IMG/VR virus record: IMGVR_UViG_3300017917_000952
Coordinates: 124,001 to 188,000 of that record
Reading direction: 5' to 3' (one strand)
DNA length: 64,000 nt
The first letter of the stretch is position 1. Each line of letters begins with the position of its first letter. This document shows, one piece after another, positions 51,583-61,021 of the stretch. A program made the translations under genes and the position numbers. The notes beneath the pieces were generated by a model. The model was not told the origin of the DNA, made no database searches, and worked only from the letters and a program-made list of their open reading frames with translations.

Positions 51583-53568
51583 ATGCAACCAATTCAAATA
51601 ATCAGCCAAGACCTGTTCGACAAAGTACGTAGCCGTTTCCAAAACTTAGAAATGGGCGACGAAACAGGAGCAGTTACTATTGACCCTGCCCTAGCACGTT
51701 TCTTTGATTTTGATTTTGTTATCGAAGGTAACAACCTAGGCCGTGTTAGTATCAGTTTAAACGAATTGGGCGCATTAAAAGTTTACTACAGTCAAGGCAT
51801 TACTGAGAATCAGGATGATCCTGCTAAACAGAGTTGGTATAAGTTTCTAAAAGAAATGCGATTCTTTGCTATGCGTAGACTATTAAGATTTGACACTAGA
51901 GATATTAGTAAAACAAATCTTGACAAAAACGATTTTCAACATTTAGCCGCAACGCAGGCGCCTAAGGAACAAGATATGCCAGAAACTATGAACGAATCTA
52001 TGTGGAACCATAAAAGCACAAAGAAAACTAGCCGCGCTGTGCGAGGAACAACAGAAGTTATTGTTCGACACAGTAAAGCAGTTGATGAAATGTACCCTGG
52101 CGCACGTAGTCAACGTAAAAATATCAAGGCAATTTTTATTCAAAACAAGGACGGCGAGCGTTTTAAGTATCCGTTTATTCATCCAGCAGGTGCGTTCGCA
52201 ATGGCACAGCACGTTGACCATGGCGGTGTACCACATGACGCAGCAGGCAAAGCAATTATTAGAATGAGTGAGCAGATTGCTCAACTACAAGAATTTCAAC
52301 GTAAAGTAAGTCGCTCCACCCTGCACGACGATGCCACAGGAATTACAGAGAAGGCCGTAGGCCGTTTACAACAACTAAAAGCACAGGTGGAAGCATTAGG
52401 CAAGCGTCATCACTATGAATGCTGGATGGAAGAATTTGGCGGCCAAGAGGCAGCAGGTGATGACATTATGGAATTAGATGCTGTTACAATGGAACAGTAT
52501 AAGCAAGCATTTACACAAACTAGTTTCCAAGAAGAACTAGCAGGGTACTTCCCGTTATTACACAAGATCATGAGTGAGACAAACACAGTTGATCTTGAAG
52601 ATTACGTTAGCGAAGAAGGCGAAGACGATACTGTTAAAGACGATACCGATTTTAAAGAAGATGCGTTTAATGCATTTGAACAATGGGCAGAAGCAGTTGA
52701 GCAAGGCAAACTTGCCGACGATGAAATCCAATCACTTAAACAGGCAATTCAAGATACACAACAATTAGATCTAGGACCCGACGGACAAACTGCATTCCAA
52801 TTCTTTAGTCAGTTTGGTTTAGATGATGAAGACTTAGAAAACAAATTTAAAGCAGCGGCAGAATTAGACCCTAAAACAGATCCACTTGAAGTATTCCAAT
52901 TATGGGCTCAAGAAAACTATCCTGAAATTCTAGTTGCACTAGGTGTTAGCGGTACAGCAGAACAACCTCCTGCTGCACCCGCTGAACCACCAGCACCCGA
53001 GGCTGGCGCAGCACCTGCACCAGAACAACCTACAGCAGAAAACGAAGAAGAAAAGGGCATGGAAAAAGTAATGCCTACTCGTGAAGGCATTGTTAAAGAA
53101 GTTGCTAAAATTGTCAAGAGTTTCTATAACGCAGATAATCCTAACGTAGGACCATTCCGCGGTGGCGAAGGCATAGCCCTTGACTGCAAAAAACAAGTTG
53201 CTGAAAAATTTGGCGACGAGGCTGGCGAGTTTGCAGAGCAGATTGCCGGTAAGTTTATTGAAAAATTAACAATGGAATGGCAACAGAAACACGGCAATGT
53301 CGGCGATGACGGATTAGCAAGATTGAAAGAACTTGTTCAAAACATTAAAGGCAAAGTAGAGAGCATCGGGGACGTAGGCGGCCATCCTGGTAAAAATATT
53401 ATGCCTGCTCAAGATGAAGGCATTGAAGATCGCTTAAAAGACCTAGATCCGAAAAATCCAGTTAATATTCCTGCATATCAACGTAAGGCTGCGGCCCAAG
53501 GCGGCAATCGACCAAAAGAATCTGCAGAAATGGAAAGCATTTTGAAACTAGCAGGTTTGGCAAAATAA
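51583..53568 (+). CDS. Large acidic hypothetical protein (661 aa), probable head/core-associated
   Basis: Late promoter 7 nt upstream; NES-type internal sites; ends SILKLAGLAK. Confidence 0.6.
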   Translation: MQPIQIISQDLFDKVRSRFQNLEMGDETGAVTIDPALARFFDFDFVIEGNNLGRVSISLNELGALKVYYSQGITENQDDPAKQSWYKFLKEMRFFAMRRLLRFDTRDISKTNLDKNDFQHLAATQAPKEQDMPETMNESMWNHKSTKKTSRAVRGTTEVIVRHSKAVDEMYPGARSQRKNIKAIFIQNKDGERFKYPFIHPAGAFAMAQHVDHGGVPHDAAGKAIIRMSEQIAQLQEFQRKVSRSTLHDDATGITEKAVGRLQQLKAQVEALGKRHHYECWMEEFGGQEAAGDDIMELDAVTMEQYKQAFTQTSFQEELAGYFPLLHKIMSETNTVDLEDYVSEEGEDDTVKDDTDFKEDAFNAFEQWAEAVEQGKLADDEIQSLKQAIQDTQQLDLGPDGQTAFQFFSQFGLDDEDLENKFKAAAELDPKTDPLEVFQLWAQENYPEILVALGVSGTAEQPPAAPAEPPAPEAGAAPAPEQPTAENEEEKGMEKVMPTREGIVKEVAKIVKSFYNADNPNVGPFRGGEGIALDCKKQVAEKFGDEAGEFAEQIAGKFIEKLTMEWQQKHGNVGDDGLARLKELVQNIKGKVESIGDVGGHPGKNIMPAQDEGIEDRLKDLDPKNPVNIPAYQRKAAAQGGNRPKESAEMESILKLAGLAK

Positions 53569-53592
53569 ATCACTTTATCGCAGCCAGATAGG

Positions 53593-53644
53593 TTGCAATG
53601 ATAAATAAAAGTGCGTAACATAACGTTATGCACTTTTTCTTTTT
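53593..53644 (+). promoter_or_regulatory. Composite element: terminator hairpin overlapping late and sigma70-like promoters of ssDNA-binding gene
   Basis: TTGCAA(53593-98)-17-TAACAT(53616-21); TAAATA 53602-07; 13-bp hairpin 53607-19/53625-37 then T-run. Confidence 0.6.
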
Positions 53645-53700
53645 TAGTCAGTGGGCTTTAAAAGAATGGCACATAAAACATTTTATTAAGGAAAAACATT

Positions 53701-54687
53701 ATGGCAACTCTAGCAGAAATTCGCGCAAAACTTCAACAAGCATCTCAAAATAACACCGGTGGCGCAACTGGTGGAGACAACGCAATTTACCCCCATTGGA
53801 ACATTCAAGAAGGCACTAGTGCTACTGTACGATTCCTTCCCGATGGCGATCCTAACAACACCTTTTTCTGGATTGAACGTGCAATGATCAAATTGCCTTT
53901 CGCCGGTATCAAAGGTGAAACTAACAGCAAACCAACAACTGTTCAAGTTCCTTGTATGGAAATGTGGGGAGAGTCTTGCCCAATTCTAACAGAAGTTCGT
54001 CCTTGGTTCAAGGATAAGAGTCTCGAAGAAATGGGTCGTAAGTACTGGAAGAAGAAGTCTTATCTGTTCCAGGGCTTTGTTGTTGATAGCAAATTGTCCG
54101 AAGACAAAACTCCTGAGAATCCTATCCGCCGATTCATTATCGGTAGCCAGATTTTTAACATTGTTAAGAATGCGCTGATGGATAGTGAGATCGAAGAACT
54201 GCCTACCGACTATGTCCGTGGTCTTGATTTCAAGATTACCAAGACTAGCAAAGGTGGCTATGCTGACTATTCTACATCTAATTGGGCTCGTCGCGAACGT
54301 GCTCTTAGCGATGCAGAAAAGGCTGCAATTGACCAATACGGTCTGTTTAAGTTGAGCGACTTCCTGCCGAAGAAGCCAACTGAAGTTGAACTCAAGGTTA
54401 TCAAGGAAATGTTCGAAGCGTCTGTTGACGGCGAAGCATTTGACATGGAACGTTGGGGTCAATACTACAAGCCTGCAGGTATGTCTAGTAATACTGCTGG
54501 TTCTGCTCCTGCACGCCAGGCAGCACCTGCTCCGGTTGCACAGAAACCTGCGGTAGAGGAAGACGATCCCCCTTTTGAAACAGCGGCACCTGCCGCAACC
54601 CCAGTAGCCGCTCCTGCCGCATCTGGTGATGCAGGTAGTCGTGCCGCAGACATTATCGCGATGATTCGTAATCGTCAAAAGCAATAA
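53701..54687 (+). CDS. gp32: Single-stranded DNA-binding protein
   Basis: VRFLPDGD, VPCMEMWGESCPIL, YWKKKSY, GLDFKITKT..GGYADYSTS motifs of gp32 family. Confidence 0.9.
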   Translation: MATLAEIRAKLQQASQNNTGGATGGDNAIYPHWNIQEGTSATVRFLPDGDPNNTFFWIERAMIKLPFAGIKGETNSKPTTVQVPCMEMWGESCPILTEVRPWFKDKSLEEMGRKYWKKKSYLFQGFVVDSKLSEDKTPENPIRRFIIGSQIFNIVKNALMDSEIEELPTDYVRGLDFKITKTSKGGYADYSTSNWARRERALSDAEKAAIDQYGLFKLSDFLPKKPTEVELKVIKEMFEASVDGEAFDMERWGQYYKPAGMSSNTAGSAPARQAAPAPVAQKPAVEEDDPPFETAAPAATPVAAPAASGDAGSRAADIIAMIRNRQKQ

Positions 54688-54704
54688 TTTAAAGGGGAAA
54701 AATA

Positions 54705-55763
54705 ATGGCAAAGGCCTTTGATATTTCAAAGTTTCGTAAAACTTTGACTAAGTCTATTGATGGACTTGGACTAGGATTTAACGATCCTACAGACTGGGTG
54801 TCAACAGGTAACTATGCCCTTAACTATCTTATCAGCGGTGACTTCTTCAAAGGAGTACCGCTAGGTAAGGTAACTGTATTTGCCGGAGAATCCGGAGCAG
54901 GTAAATCATATATCTGCTCCGGAAACATCATCCGTCATGCACAGGAACAGGGCATTTATGTTATTCTAGTTGACTCAGAAAACGCTCTCGATGAAACTTG
55001 GTTACACGCACTAGGCGTGGATACAAGTGAACAAAAACTTCTTAAACTCAATATGGCAATGATCGATGACGTTGCTAAAACTATCAGCGAGTTTATGAAA
55101 GAATACAAATCTATGCCAGAGGACGAGCGTCCAAAGGTATTGTTTGTTATCGACTCTTTGGGTATGCTTTTGACTCCAACTGATCTAAATCAGTTTGAAG
55201 CAGGCGACCTAAAAGGTGACATGGGTCGTAAACCCAAGGCACTGACAGCACTTGTTCGTAACTGTGTTAATATGTTTGGTTCATGGAATGTTGGATTAGT
55301 TTGTACTAATCACACATACGCAAGCCAGGACATGTTTGATCCAGATGATAAGATCAGTGGTGGTCAAGGCTTTATCTACGCAAGTTCCATTGTTGTCGCT
55401 ATGAAAAAACTCAAACTTAAAGAGGATGAGGATGGCAACAAGGTTAGTGATGTTCTTGGTATTCGTTCTGCCTGCAAGGTTATGAAAACACGTTATGCCA
55501 AGCCATTCGAAAGCGTTCAGGTTAAGATTCCTTACTCAACTGGCATGGCTCCTACCTCCGGACTTGTTGACTTATTTGAGAAGATGGGTGTATTATCTAA
55601 AGTAGGTAATAAACTTGCTTATACAGATAAGGAAAGTGGAGAAATTGTAGCCGAGTTCCGCAAGAACTGGACTGAAGATAAACTAATGCTAATTATGAAG
55701 CAATGGGACGAATCAACAGTACAACCAACGGCTGTAGACGAACCCGCTGAGTCAGAGGAATAA
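54705..55763 (+). CDS. uvsX: RecA-like recombinase UvsX
   Basis: Walker A AGESGAGKS, DSENA, VIDSLG, TNHTY, GGQGFIYASS. Confidence 0.95.
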   Translation: MAKAFDISKFRKTLTKSIDGLGLGFNDPTDWVSTGNYALNYLISGDFFKGVPLGKVTVFAGESGAGKSYICSGNIIRHAQEQGIYVILVDSENALDETWLHALGVDTSEQKLLKLNMAMIDDVAKTISEFMKEYKSMPEDERPKVLFVIDSLGMLLTPTDLNQFEAGDLKGDMGRKPKALTALVRNCVNMFGSWNVGLVCTNHTYASQDMFDPDDKISGGQGFIYASSIVVAMKKLKLKEDEDGNKVSDVLGIRSACKVMKTRYAKPFESVQVKIPYSTGMAPTSGLVDLFEKMGVLSKVGNKLAYTDKESGEIVAEFRKNWTEDKLMLIMKQWDESTVQPTAVDEPAESEE

Positions 55764-55764
55764 A

Positions 55765-56019
55765 ATGGAAGAAGATCTAATCATTGAAATTTGGGATGTT
55801 TTCAAAGAATACATCTCCGACAAAAACAAAGAAACAGCCGCAAATCACTTTGTCGATATGCTTATCGGCAAAGATGTAGAAATCAGTGTGCTCAAAGGCA
55901 TGATGGGGTATGATCCTCATCTTGACGATGCAATCACTCTTGCTACACAAGATGAATTCGAAGAGGATGACGAATCCTACGACGAAGACGGCTGGGACTA
56001 TGACGAAGACGAGGAATAA
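55765..56019 (+). CDS. Small acidic hypothetical protein (84 aa)
   Basis: Tightly coupled between uvsX and uvsY-like genes. Confidence 0.6.
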   Translation: MEEDLIIEIWDVFKEYISDKNKETAANHFVDMLIGKDVEISVLKGMMGYDPHLDDAITLATQDEFEEDDESYDEDGWDYDEDEE

Positions 56020-56022
56020 CTC

Positions 56023-56478
56023 ATGTCCTGGTATGCTAAAGTCTCTAAGGACATAGCACACCTTCCCGGTTGTTTAGATCACTTTTACACAGAGTTAGAA
56101 TCAGCAAGATCAGAGGTCAAAATCTACGGAAACGTAGAGAAGGCCTCTGCCTTGCTTCCTGGCATTGTAGAGCATAGATTTAATCAACTCCAGGAAATTG
56201 AGGCTATCCTAGAATATCTCAACATTGAACTGAGAAGAATCAAATCTAAGGCATTTAAAAAATACTTAGAAAATTATCAACGGGCATTGAGCAGTCGAGA
56301 TTGTGAAAAATACGTTGAAGGAGAGGCAGATGTTGTTGATATGGAAAAAATTATCAACGAATTTGCTATGTTGCGTAACCAATGGTTAGGAATCATTAAA
56401 GGTTTGGATATCAAGCAGTGGCAATTGAGTAACATCATCAAATTAAGAGCCGCCGGTCTTGAAGATATTTCACTTTGA
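56023..56478 (+). CDS. uvsY: Recombination mediator UvsY-like
   Basis: Helical 151 aa with KYVEGEADVV...IIKGLDIKQWQLSNIIKLR, UvsY-like tail; between uvsX and uvsW. Confidence 0.7.
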   Translation: MSWYAKVSKDIAHLPGCLDHFYTELESARSEVKIYGNVEKASALLPGIVEHRFNQLQEIEAILEYLNIELRRIKSKAFKKYLENYQRALSSRDCEKYVEGEADVVDMEKIINEFAMLRNQWLGIIKGLDIKQWQLSNIIKLRAAGLEDISL

Positions 56479-56487
56479 GTGTATAAT
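56459..56487 (+). promoter_or_regulatory. Sigma70-like promoter TTGAAG-17-TATAAT
   Basis: Perfect -10 ending 6 nt before ATG 56494, implying a leaderless transcript. Confidence 0.65.
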
Positions 56488-56493
56488 ATTGCT

Positions 56494-57666
56494 ATGAACA
56501 TCGAAGACCTCATCTCTGAACTGGTATTTGCTAGAATTAGTCTGCAAACCTACGACACCAATTTGGTTTATAGTTTTTATGACCAAATTTCTCGAGGAAG
56601 CGGCCTGACAGAAAAGCAAAGTGTTTTGGCAGTTAGAATTTTAAAGCGTTACAGTCAGCAGTTGAGTCAATTTTTGAACAAAGATGTGTCGTCGTTTCTT
56701 CAAAGTCCGGCATTTCGCTTGCCTATCCGTAAAATAAGCAATGATAGAAGACTAACCATTGCTACCCATAGTACCATGGGTCGGGTAATTAAGGCAGTTT
56801 TTCCATATAACGAAAAAACTGTGGAAAATATCCGAAAAAATCGTGACTCGCTTGGACAAGCACAATGGGACAAAGACGAAAAATGCTGGTTTTTCAGTTT
56901 AAATGAAAATTCGCTCCAATTTTTGTCAACACTGGAACAGTTCGAATACGACGAGACCGTGGAATTGTTCATTAATCAAATCAAGGACATACATAATGAC
57001 ATTGAAAATTATGTCCCGATGTTAATTGTTGAAGATTTGAAGCCAAAACTTAAAAATTGTGACAAAAATATGCCTGATTTGAACCAAAACGACTTCATTT
57101 CTGCAATTTTTGAAGCCAGAAAAAGAGGTGTGTGTACTTGGGACGATACTATCAATAGATTCATTGATAGTGACGAAGTCGATCCTATTACACGAGAGTT
57201 CTTAAAAACCGATCCAGGCGAAAAATTCGGTGTGGACAGCGAAATTCACCAAATTTTTAGCCTATCTACAGTTGTTGCAAACCTACTGCCTGTAATGGTA
57301 GTGATCCCCGGTGGTGACGAGTTAGATAAAATGACACTGGCCCGAGATTTTTTTAAAGATTTGGGAATTGAAAATGAAGAAATGAGTGTAATGTTTAGAT
57401 TGCCCTCAAATACTCACGGATTGTTCAATGAGTATGTAAAACTTAATGAACTAAATTCACCTATCTCAGAAAAAACTAAGGTTGTCTTTGTCAGCAGTAA
57501 AATTCCTAAACCAATTTTTAAGTCAAAAATAAAATTCAACTGCATTTTGAATCTTGGGTATAGCAATGTTCACTATACTATGCAGAATTTTTTAAAAAAT
57601 CACGAAAATGCTATAATGTATAGTAAAGCAAAAGAAATAAAAAATTTAAAATATGGCTTCCTGTAA
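56494..57666 (+). CDS. Hypothetical protein upstream of UvsW (start re-called to ATG 56494)
   Basis: Long ORF; QWDKDEKCWFF segment is HARP-like; overlaps uvsW start. Confidence 0.6.
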   Translation: MNIEDLISELVFARISLQTYDTNLVYSFYDQISRGSGLTEKQSVLAVRILKRYSQQLSQFLNKDVSSFLQSPAFRLPIRKISNDRRLTIATHSTMGRVIKAVFPYNEKTVENIRKNRDSLGQAQWDKDEKCWFFSLNENSLQFLSTLEQFEYDETVELFINQIKDIHNDIENYVPMLIVEDLKPKLKNCDKNMPDLNQNDFISAIFEARKRGVCTWDDTINRFIDSDEVDPITREFLKTDPGEKFGVDSEIHQIFSLSTVVANLLPVMVVIPGGDELDKMTLARDFFKDLGIENEEMSVMFRLPSNTHGLFNEYVKLNELNSPISEKTKVVFVSSKIPKPIFKSKIKFNCILNLGYSNVHYTMQNFLKNHENAIMYSKAKEIKNLKYGFL

Positions 57667-59113
57667 AATTATTATTAAAGACGAAGTCAATGTTAAGATA
57701 GAAAATTTAGATCTTGACACGAGAAAGGCATTAGTCCGTAAATTTAAGTACGAAGACCCTACTGCACGGTATCGTCCGGCCTACAAACTGGGGCGTTGGG
57801 ACGGTACTGTGAGTTTTTTCGGTCTTGGAGGAACAACTTATCTGTCAATGTTGCCTCAGGTATTAGAATATCTCGAGGCAGCAAATTATTACATTGAACT
57901 TGAAGATCATAGGAATCCTACAGACCTAAAATTTGAGGAAATTTCTGAAGATTTTTGGGGTGAAAAATGCTGGCCCGAAGGACACAGGTTTGCAGGAGAA
58001 CCTATTAGACTGCGTGATGATCAAGTTGAAGTTATCAATAAATTTTTAGAGAATCCGCAGTGCATACAAGAAATTGCAACTGGTTTTGGTAAGACCATTA
58101 CCACCGCAACTTTGGCAAAAATTTGTGAAAAATATGGTAGAACAGTCACTATTGTCCCGAACAAGTCACTTGTCGAGCAAACAGAAGAAGATTTTATTAA
58201 CGTTGGCCTTGACGTCGGAGTTTACTACGGCGACAGAAAAGATCTTAATAAAACACATACTATCTGCACTTGGCAAAGTTTGAATATTTTAGACAAAAAA
58301 TCCAAGGAAATTAGCGACGAAGAACTGCTAACATTAGCCGAGTTACTAGAAGGTGTGCAGACTGTTATGGTTGACGAAGTACACATGGCTAAGGCAGAAG
58401 TTCTTAAAAACCTATTAACAAGAAATTTAGCAAATGCACCCATTCGTTGGGGGCTTACTGGCACTGTACCTAAGGCAGATCACGAATTTCAAAGTATTCG
58501 TGCCGCACTTGGAGAAGTAGTTCATCAAGTTAAGGCACATGAATTACAAGAGAAAGGCGTTCTCAGTAATTGCCACGTACAGGTCATACAGACCGCAGAG
58601 TGGAAAGAGTTTGGCGGGTATGCCGAAGAGCTAAAATACCTGGTTACAAACGAAGAACGCATGAGTTACATTGCAAATCTAATTACAGGCATTGCCGAAT
58701 CTGGCAACACGCTGGTGTTAGTTGACCGAATTGAAAGCGGAAAATTTTTAACCGACAGACTCACTGATAGCGTATTCATATCAGGTGCTGTAAAAACCAA
58801 AGACAGAAAGGAAGAATACCGTGAAGTGGCAACTGCTGATAACAAGATTATTGTGGCGACTTATGGTGTGGCCGCTGTGGGTATTAATATTCCTCGTATT
58901 TTTAATTTGGTTCTTTTGGAGCCCGGAAAGAGCTTTGTCCGCGTTATACAATCAATTGGGCGTGGCATTAGAAAAGCAGAAGACAAAGACTTCGTCCAGA
59001 TTTGGGATGTCACAGCGGCAACCAAGTACGCTAAACGGCACCTTACGGAAAGGAAGAAGTTTTATAAAGAAGCCAAGTATCCGTTTACGATTGAGAAAGT
59101 GAAATACCAATAA
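57653..59113 (+). CDS. uvsW: SF2 DNA helicase UvsW
   Basis: LRDDQ, ATGFGKT, DEVH, LTGT, QSIGRGIR. Confidence 0.93.
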   Translation: MASCKIIIKDEVNVKIENLDLDTRKALVRKFKYEDPTARYRPAYKLGRWDGTVSFFGLGGTTYLSMLPQVLEYLEAANYYIELEDHRNPTDLKFEEISEDFWGEKCWPEGHRFAGEPIRLRDDQVEVINKFLENPQCIQEIATGFGKTITTATLAKICEKYGRTVTIVPNKSLVEQTEEDFINVGLDVGVYYGDRKDLNKTHTICTWQSLNILDKKSKEISDEELLTLAELLEGVQTVMVDEVHMAKAEVLKNLLTRNLANAPIRWGLTGTVPKADHEFQSIRAALGEVVHQVKAHELQEKGVLSNCHVQVIQTAEWKEFGGYAEELKYLVTNEERMSYIANLITGIAESGNTLVLVDRIESGKFLTDRLTDSVFISGAVKTKDRKEEYREVATADNKIIVATYGVAAVGINIPRIFNLVLLEPGKSFVRVIQSIGRGIRKAEDKDFVQIWDVTAATKYAKRHLTERKKFYKEAKYPFTIEKVKYQ

Positions 59114-59616
59114 TGCAAATTTTAACCCTAGAAAACAAAACATTTTATCTTAATGATCTACCCGAAGAGATTGAAGACGATCTTCGGTTCTCAGTATTAG
59201 ATAATTCAGACAGCAGCAATCCTGATCATTTTTTCATTCCGTTAATTTTCTTAGAAAGTTTTACAGGTCCTGCGGTTGTACTTAAGGTAGGACCACATGA
59301 AGTAACAATGCCTCTGGATTGGTGTACTATCGTTGGCGACCCAGAAGGGCCCGACATGGAAATACTACCGTTAACGAGCCTCAACGATAGAGGATTTAAA
59401 ACATTTTGTTTTAATCCTATTAGCGGGTTCAGACCGGAATTTTTAGAAATTGACATCATAGATGTTTACCAAGATGTGAAATGGTATTTTCCTAAGATGA
59501 AGCCGGGTCAATTGCTATGTACACCTTTACATGCAGGCGAAAAACCACTGTGTGCATATTTTGTTAAAGAAGTAAGTCGTCAAAGCGAACTGGTAGATTA
59601 TACTAAGTGTTGGTAA
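59113..59616 (+). CDS. Hypothetical beta-rich protein (167 aa)
   Basis: TAATG coupling with uvsW; no catalytic motif. Confidence 0.65.
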   Translation: MQILTLENKTFYLNDLPEEIEDDLRFSVLDNSDSSNPDHFFIPLIFLESFTGPAVVLKVGPHEVTMPLDWCTIVGDPEGPDMEILPLTSLNDRGFKTFCFNPISGFRPEFLEIDIIDVYQDVKWYFPKMKPGQLLCTPLHAGEKPLCAYFVKEVSRQSELVDYTKCW

Positions 59617-59617
59617 T

Positions 59618-59884
59618 ATGGAATCTCGATTTGAGCCAGGTCAGCGGTACGTTTACGAACATGTAGACGGAGTTACCTATGCAAGAAAATCAGGTGATCC
59701 TGTTAGTTCAAGATTTGAAATCGGGAGGACATGGGAAAGAGTCAGCCACGACGCAGAGTTAAAAAGGCAGGACTTGTGGAAAAATATCTATAAGGCTGCT
59801 GAAGATAATCCTGCCTTGCAAAAAGCAATTGATGAATGTATATTACTATATTACCTGAGTAAAAAAGATGGCAGCGAAACTTGA
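59618..59884 (+). CDS. Hypothetical protein (88 aa)
   Basis: Operon-coupled ORF. Confidence 0.55.
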   Translation: MESRFEPGQRYVYEHVDGVTYARKSGDPVSSRFEIGRTWERVSHDAELKRQDLWKNIYKAAEDNPALQKAIDECILLYYLSKKDGSET

Positions 59885-60329
59885 TATTAAGAGAGAATTA
59901 AATGCAGTAGATCGTAAAATTTACGACTTCTATGAAAACCTTACGGATGAAGAAAAGAAAGCATTTAGTCCTTATGTTTTGATGCGGTATACTAGTAATG
60001 TACAAGGTGACCGAGATATTCAAGAATGGTTCCTTGAGATGACCAATGAATGTGTCAATAAAAATCATTGGGATCTAAGTAAGAATCATAAAGCACTTTT
60101 GTGGAAACTATTTGCAGCCACAGGTGCTGGTGTAAACTGTTATCATCCTTACATTGCAGCAGGCAAAAAAGAAAAAGCAAATAAGATAGAAAAATTGCTG
60201 GCAGAAATTTATCCCGCAAGGAAGATGGAAGATATTAAACTGTTAGCATCTATGATGACCGAAAAAGACAAACAGGAATTGTTTGACAAAATGGGTTTTG
60301 ATAAAAAGCAACGGAAAGAATACGAGTGA
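59868..60329 (+). CDS. Possible clamp-loader small subunit (gp62-like)
   Basis: FSPYVLMRYTS...TNECVN...LLWKLF...YHPYI pattern loosely like gp62; replication context. Confidence 0.45.
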   Translation: MAAKLDIKRELNAVDRKIYDFYENLTDEEKKAFSPYVLMRYTSNVQGDRDIQEWFLEMTNECVNKNHWDLSKNHKALLWKLFAATGAGVNCYHPYIAAGKKEKANKIEKLLAEIYPARKMEDIKLLASMMTEKDKQELFDKMGFDKKQRKEYE

Positions 60330-61021
60330 TAGACCTAGTGGCACAACCTTATAAATGCAATCACTGTAGCAAGAGTTTTATGCAGGAGAAAACTCTTGTT
60401 GCTCATATGTGTGAAAGAAAAAGGCGTGCTCTACAAAAAGATGAGAAACGTGTTCAAGCAGGTTTTATGGCATTCAATCGCTGGTGGCAATTAGCACAAG
60501 GCGCAAAGAAACTAAAAACCTATGATGAATTTTGCGATACATCTTACTACAACGCCTTTGTAAAATTTGGAAGTTTTATTAACAATGTCAATCCTATATA
60601 CCCGGAAAAATTTATTGACTTTGTTATTAAGAGCGGAGTTAAATTAGATCATTGGTGCAGGGACGAGCTCTACGACCAATACTTAATCGAAATGATTAAG
60701 GTAGAGCCAGTTGAAAGTGCAATGCAGCGTTCTATACAGACTATGATGGAATGGGCAGACGAGCATAATGCAGATTTTGCACATTACTTTCTATATGTAA
60801 GTTTGAATAGAGCAGTGCGTGATATCAGGAACGGAAATGTGAGTCCTTGGATCATTTTAAATACAGTATCAGGAAAAGAAATGATACAAAAAATGAGTGA
60901 CGAACAATTAGATATGATCTCACCTACATTTGATGTAGCGTTCTGGCTTAAGAAGTTTCGTGATGTTCCTGCTGATGTTGCACTTGTAAAAGAAATTTGT
61001 AACGGAGCAGGAATTAAATGA
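60326..61021 (+). CDS. Hypothetical protein with N-terminal C2H2-type zinc finger (GTG start)
   Basis: YKCNHCSKSFMQEKTLVAHMC. Confidence 0.65.
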   Translation: MIDLVAQPYKCNHCSKSFMQEKTLVAHMCERKRRALQKDEKRVQAGFMAFNRWWQLAQGAKKLKTYDEFCDTSYYNAFVKFGSFINNVNPIYPEKFIDFVIKSGVKLDHWCRDELYDQYLIEMIKVEPVESAMQRSIQTMMEWADEHNADFAHYFLYVSLNRAVRDIRNGNVSPWIILNTVSGKEMIQKMSDEQLDMISPTFDVAFWLKKFRDVPADVALVKEICNGAGIK

